Shown piece after piece: positions 61,029-64,000 of a stretch of 64,000 bases of DNA. This DNA comes from Asterias rubens. Its lineage: Eukaryota. Numbering within the stretch: the stretch's first letter is position 1; each line of letters begins with the position of its first letter. Location: assembly GCF_902459465.1 (NCBI RefSeq), contig NC_047080.1, positions 1,860,001 through 1,924,000 on the forward strand, written 5' to 3'. The notes under the pieces are model-generated. The model did not search any database. It was not told where the DNA came from and saw only the letters and a list, made by a program, of their open reading frames with translations. The position numbers and the translations under genes are program-made.

Positions 61029-64000
61029 ATGTACGTAAGACATCCAGGTAGTCAACTCAGAATGTTATTTACAGTTGAATATCATAGCCTCGCTGCAATA
61101 TTAACGAAATAACGAAACCCAATACACTTGTAGAAAATGTTGACAACCTTGAAAACTGCACCCCACTTCACCTCCTCAAGGGTTCAAATAGCTCATTTTT
61201 GTACAACACACCGGGAACAATCCATCAACCATAAATTAACCGCTTCCAAACAAGAAATCCATCCAAGACCAACTCAGCAGATGGTGACAGAAAACTTCCA
61301 ACGCTGATGGGCAAATACTTTTTTTAGGGCCACGGATAAACTTTCAGATTTGCTTTGGGGTTTTGAAGAAATTGTTGATGCTAATTTTGGAGCTGGTAGT
61401 ACTAAGTGGTTGAGCTTCATAGAAGGAATTTCAAACATTCAAATTGTATATAGAGTTGTGAAGGTTCATGAAAGAGAAATTATCTAAATATCAATTTGTT
61501 TGAAAGAGTCTATAAAAAAGAGCCAGCATTGTAACAACTTAACATCTTTAACAGTCAGTGTTCTCTTGGCCCAATTTTATAGCACTTTTGCTGAGCAACT
61601 TAAATGTGAAGAGGATACCGTCACAGGGCACAAGGTACATGCTATTTAGGCTGGTAACTTATCCTTGCAAGCATACATCCATTGTGCTTAGCTGTTTTTT
61701 GCTTTACTCTGTAAAATTGGGCCATAGCTGCTTCATTGGCAGTAAATATTGCTTAACAACTTTCTGCTAAGCAACATAATACCATTCACATATAGTGCAT
61801 GATAAATTTTGCCTAGTAACCTTCTTCTTGTACATACATTTTGTTTGCGCTTAGCTTACTTTTACACAGCTCTAAAAAATTAGGTCCTGGGCCCAATTTT
61901 ATAGAGCTGCTAAGCACAAAAATTTGCTCAGCATGACATTTTTTGCCTTGATAAAAACAGGATTACCAACCAAATTTCCACTTGATTTTCAGGATTTAAG
62001 CAAACAACAGCTGAATATCTGTAACAAGCAATATGCAACAAATGGTAATTTGGTTGGTCATCCTGTTTTTATCATGGAAGAAATTTCATGCTAAGCAAAT
62101 TTTTTGTGCTGCGCAGCTCTAAAAACTTGGGTTCTAGTTGTTTTTCAGGATAAACATTTAGTCACATACAAATTGCATGACTCGTTTCATCACCTGAGTC
62201 ATGACAAAAAAAATCCCAAACACAAAACACCAAATAAAAAACTTTGGTAATTGCCAAGGCCCCCGTGATTTGTTCAGCGAAACAAGTTGGGCCTTAAGGA
62301 TCGACGTCAACTGGTGGGGCTTAAATACCGGGGTCCTGGAACAGACATGATAAGGGTCCATGCTTGTCTTCCAGACAGATGGTGGCCTACAGCGAGACCG
62401 TTCTAAGACGCTCAGGAAGGATACGTTTCAATTGATCCATCTCCAGTCATTAACTTCAGACATCTAATCAAAAGTTAACCCCCTAAAACTTCTTGAGTTG
62501 GAGGAGAGGGGGAGCGGGGAGGTTTGGTCTGCATATTATTCAGGATTCAAAATGGTTTAAAAATTGTTTGCAAGATAGTGATACATGGTCGAATTGAAGC
62601 GGGATTGATAGATTAGGATCAATATTCAAGGCGGGACTGTCTTGTTCTGCTTTCGGATGAGGCTGAATGGGCTTAGTGACAAGGCTGGAAAGTTTGTTTG
62701 ACATGGTTTCAATTATTATCCGATTATGGTACTTTGGGGCAGCGGGGTTTTTGGGTGGAGGGTATCGTTACAGGGATGTGGTTTCTTAAAATGTTTGTTG
62801 TGCTTCACAGTGGAATCACAAGTGAGACTTGATTGATGGGTTGTCTGTTTGCTTCAGTTTTGAGGATGACTAGATTCGTGGTCGACAAGGCCAGAAAAGT
62901 TTGTCAATGATTTATATTTAGTGGTAAGACATGAACCAATTAAAGTAGTCCAGTAGGCAATGGTAAGGTGATTGTTCATGGACCAGGGCTGAGTGATCGC
63001 ACGCGAACGAACAGTGTCTGGTCTTCAAACTCTGAATAAGTCAAAATGTTTTAACAGAAGGGTTTGAGAAAAGGTAGAACCCCAAACAGGTTTTTTAAAA
63101 AGCAAAAAGTATTGCAGAGTAAAGCCAACCCACCGATGACAGAATTGGGATAACTCAACTCTTTTTTATGTGTCAACGATTTTAAACAAACACTCCCAAT
63201 TTAGTGTTTGAATTATTTGCAGTTTACAGCTTGATAAAATAATGTAAACAAGTTTGTTATGTGCACAATCCCTCTCAGAATTCCTGAATTGGGAGACCAG
63301 TCCATAAGCTTGAGTTAAGAAACGGACCCAAAGGAATCGATGGTGGGGGGGGGGGGGGTTGGACTTTCAACTCTCAACAATACAAGAGGCAGAGGAGCGG
63401 CATCCTGCTGAAATTTCTGATTGAGAGATTTTTATCCAGTTGTGGACTGACAAGGAGTTAAAGCATTATTCCTGAAGTGCTTTTAATTCTTGAAGAATGT
63501 ATTTGCACGGACATGGTGGGCTGGGGTTGCTGCACTGTATTACCTGATTAAAGAGAAGAATTTACAAGGCTGAACACTCTGCCGCAAGTTAAGCAAGACT
63601 AAGCACTCTTATACCAAGCCAATTTTGTTTAGTAATGCGATTATCCAACAATCAGTTATATACTGTAACAAAACTTTGTACAAACTTGCCGTTAATTTAC
63701 TTCCTCAAGGAAGTATGTACTTTCAGCCAAATTGCCAGTAACTGTGCTCATACTTCAACTGGACGCAGACCCACGTGCAGAAACACAAACCAATGAAAGC
63801 TTTGACGAGGCTTAGCTTGTTTATCGTTTGCCAGGAAACCATGAAAGCCGATGTGATTTTTCATCGTATTTGTTCCAAACAAGCAGAAAATGAGTCATGA
63901 AATAATTTAAATGGAACAAGTGCAGTATTCATGAAGACAATCAAAGCGTAAGCCTACTGATTGAAATGTTGAGGTTGTTACACCGCTATCTCTTTTCAGA

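Noticed and set aside
63380-63544. Candidate upstream exon of the FN3 receptor (strong - strand acceptor at 63545)
   Set aside because: All three frames hit stops before any plausible donor and there is no FN3-like sequence; no upstream receptor exon was identified in 56040-64000.

Overview
Eukaryotic, AT-rich, intron-dense genomic DNA from an invertebrate animal, most likely an echinoderm or other invertebrate deuterostome (inferred from gene content and repeat style). Gene order: the last three coding exons of an NmrA-family (NMRAL1-like) gene (+); a BCL10 orthologue (+); a two-coding-exon OCIAD1/asrij-like gene (-); a 32-exon CCDC180 gene (+, about 1572 aa) sharing a divergent promoter with OCIAD1; a complete and very young 8.7-kb Ty3/Gypsy LTR retrotransposon (-); and the 3' part of an unidentified FN3-domain single-pass receptor gene (-) whose upstream exons I could not find. 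The retrotransposon has a PNMA-like gag, a GGGAAAC -1 frameshift site, a tRNA-Arg primer site, an AATA target duplication and 1036-bp LTRs differing at 2 positions. Introns and UTRs carry many MITEs (Harbinger-, Kolobok- and Tc1-like), tRNA-derived SINEs and minisatellites. No CRISPR, rRNA or true tRNA genes were seen. The most interesting items are the intact element and its unusual Pol segments, a YCAY-cluster (Nova-type) 48-nt cassette exon in CCDC180, the orphan receptor with furin, ITSM and PDZ motifs, and an NF-kB-flavoured NMRAL1-BCL10 neighbourhood. All assignments come from manual reading and recalled family motifs; no searches were run.
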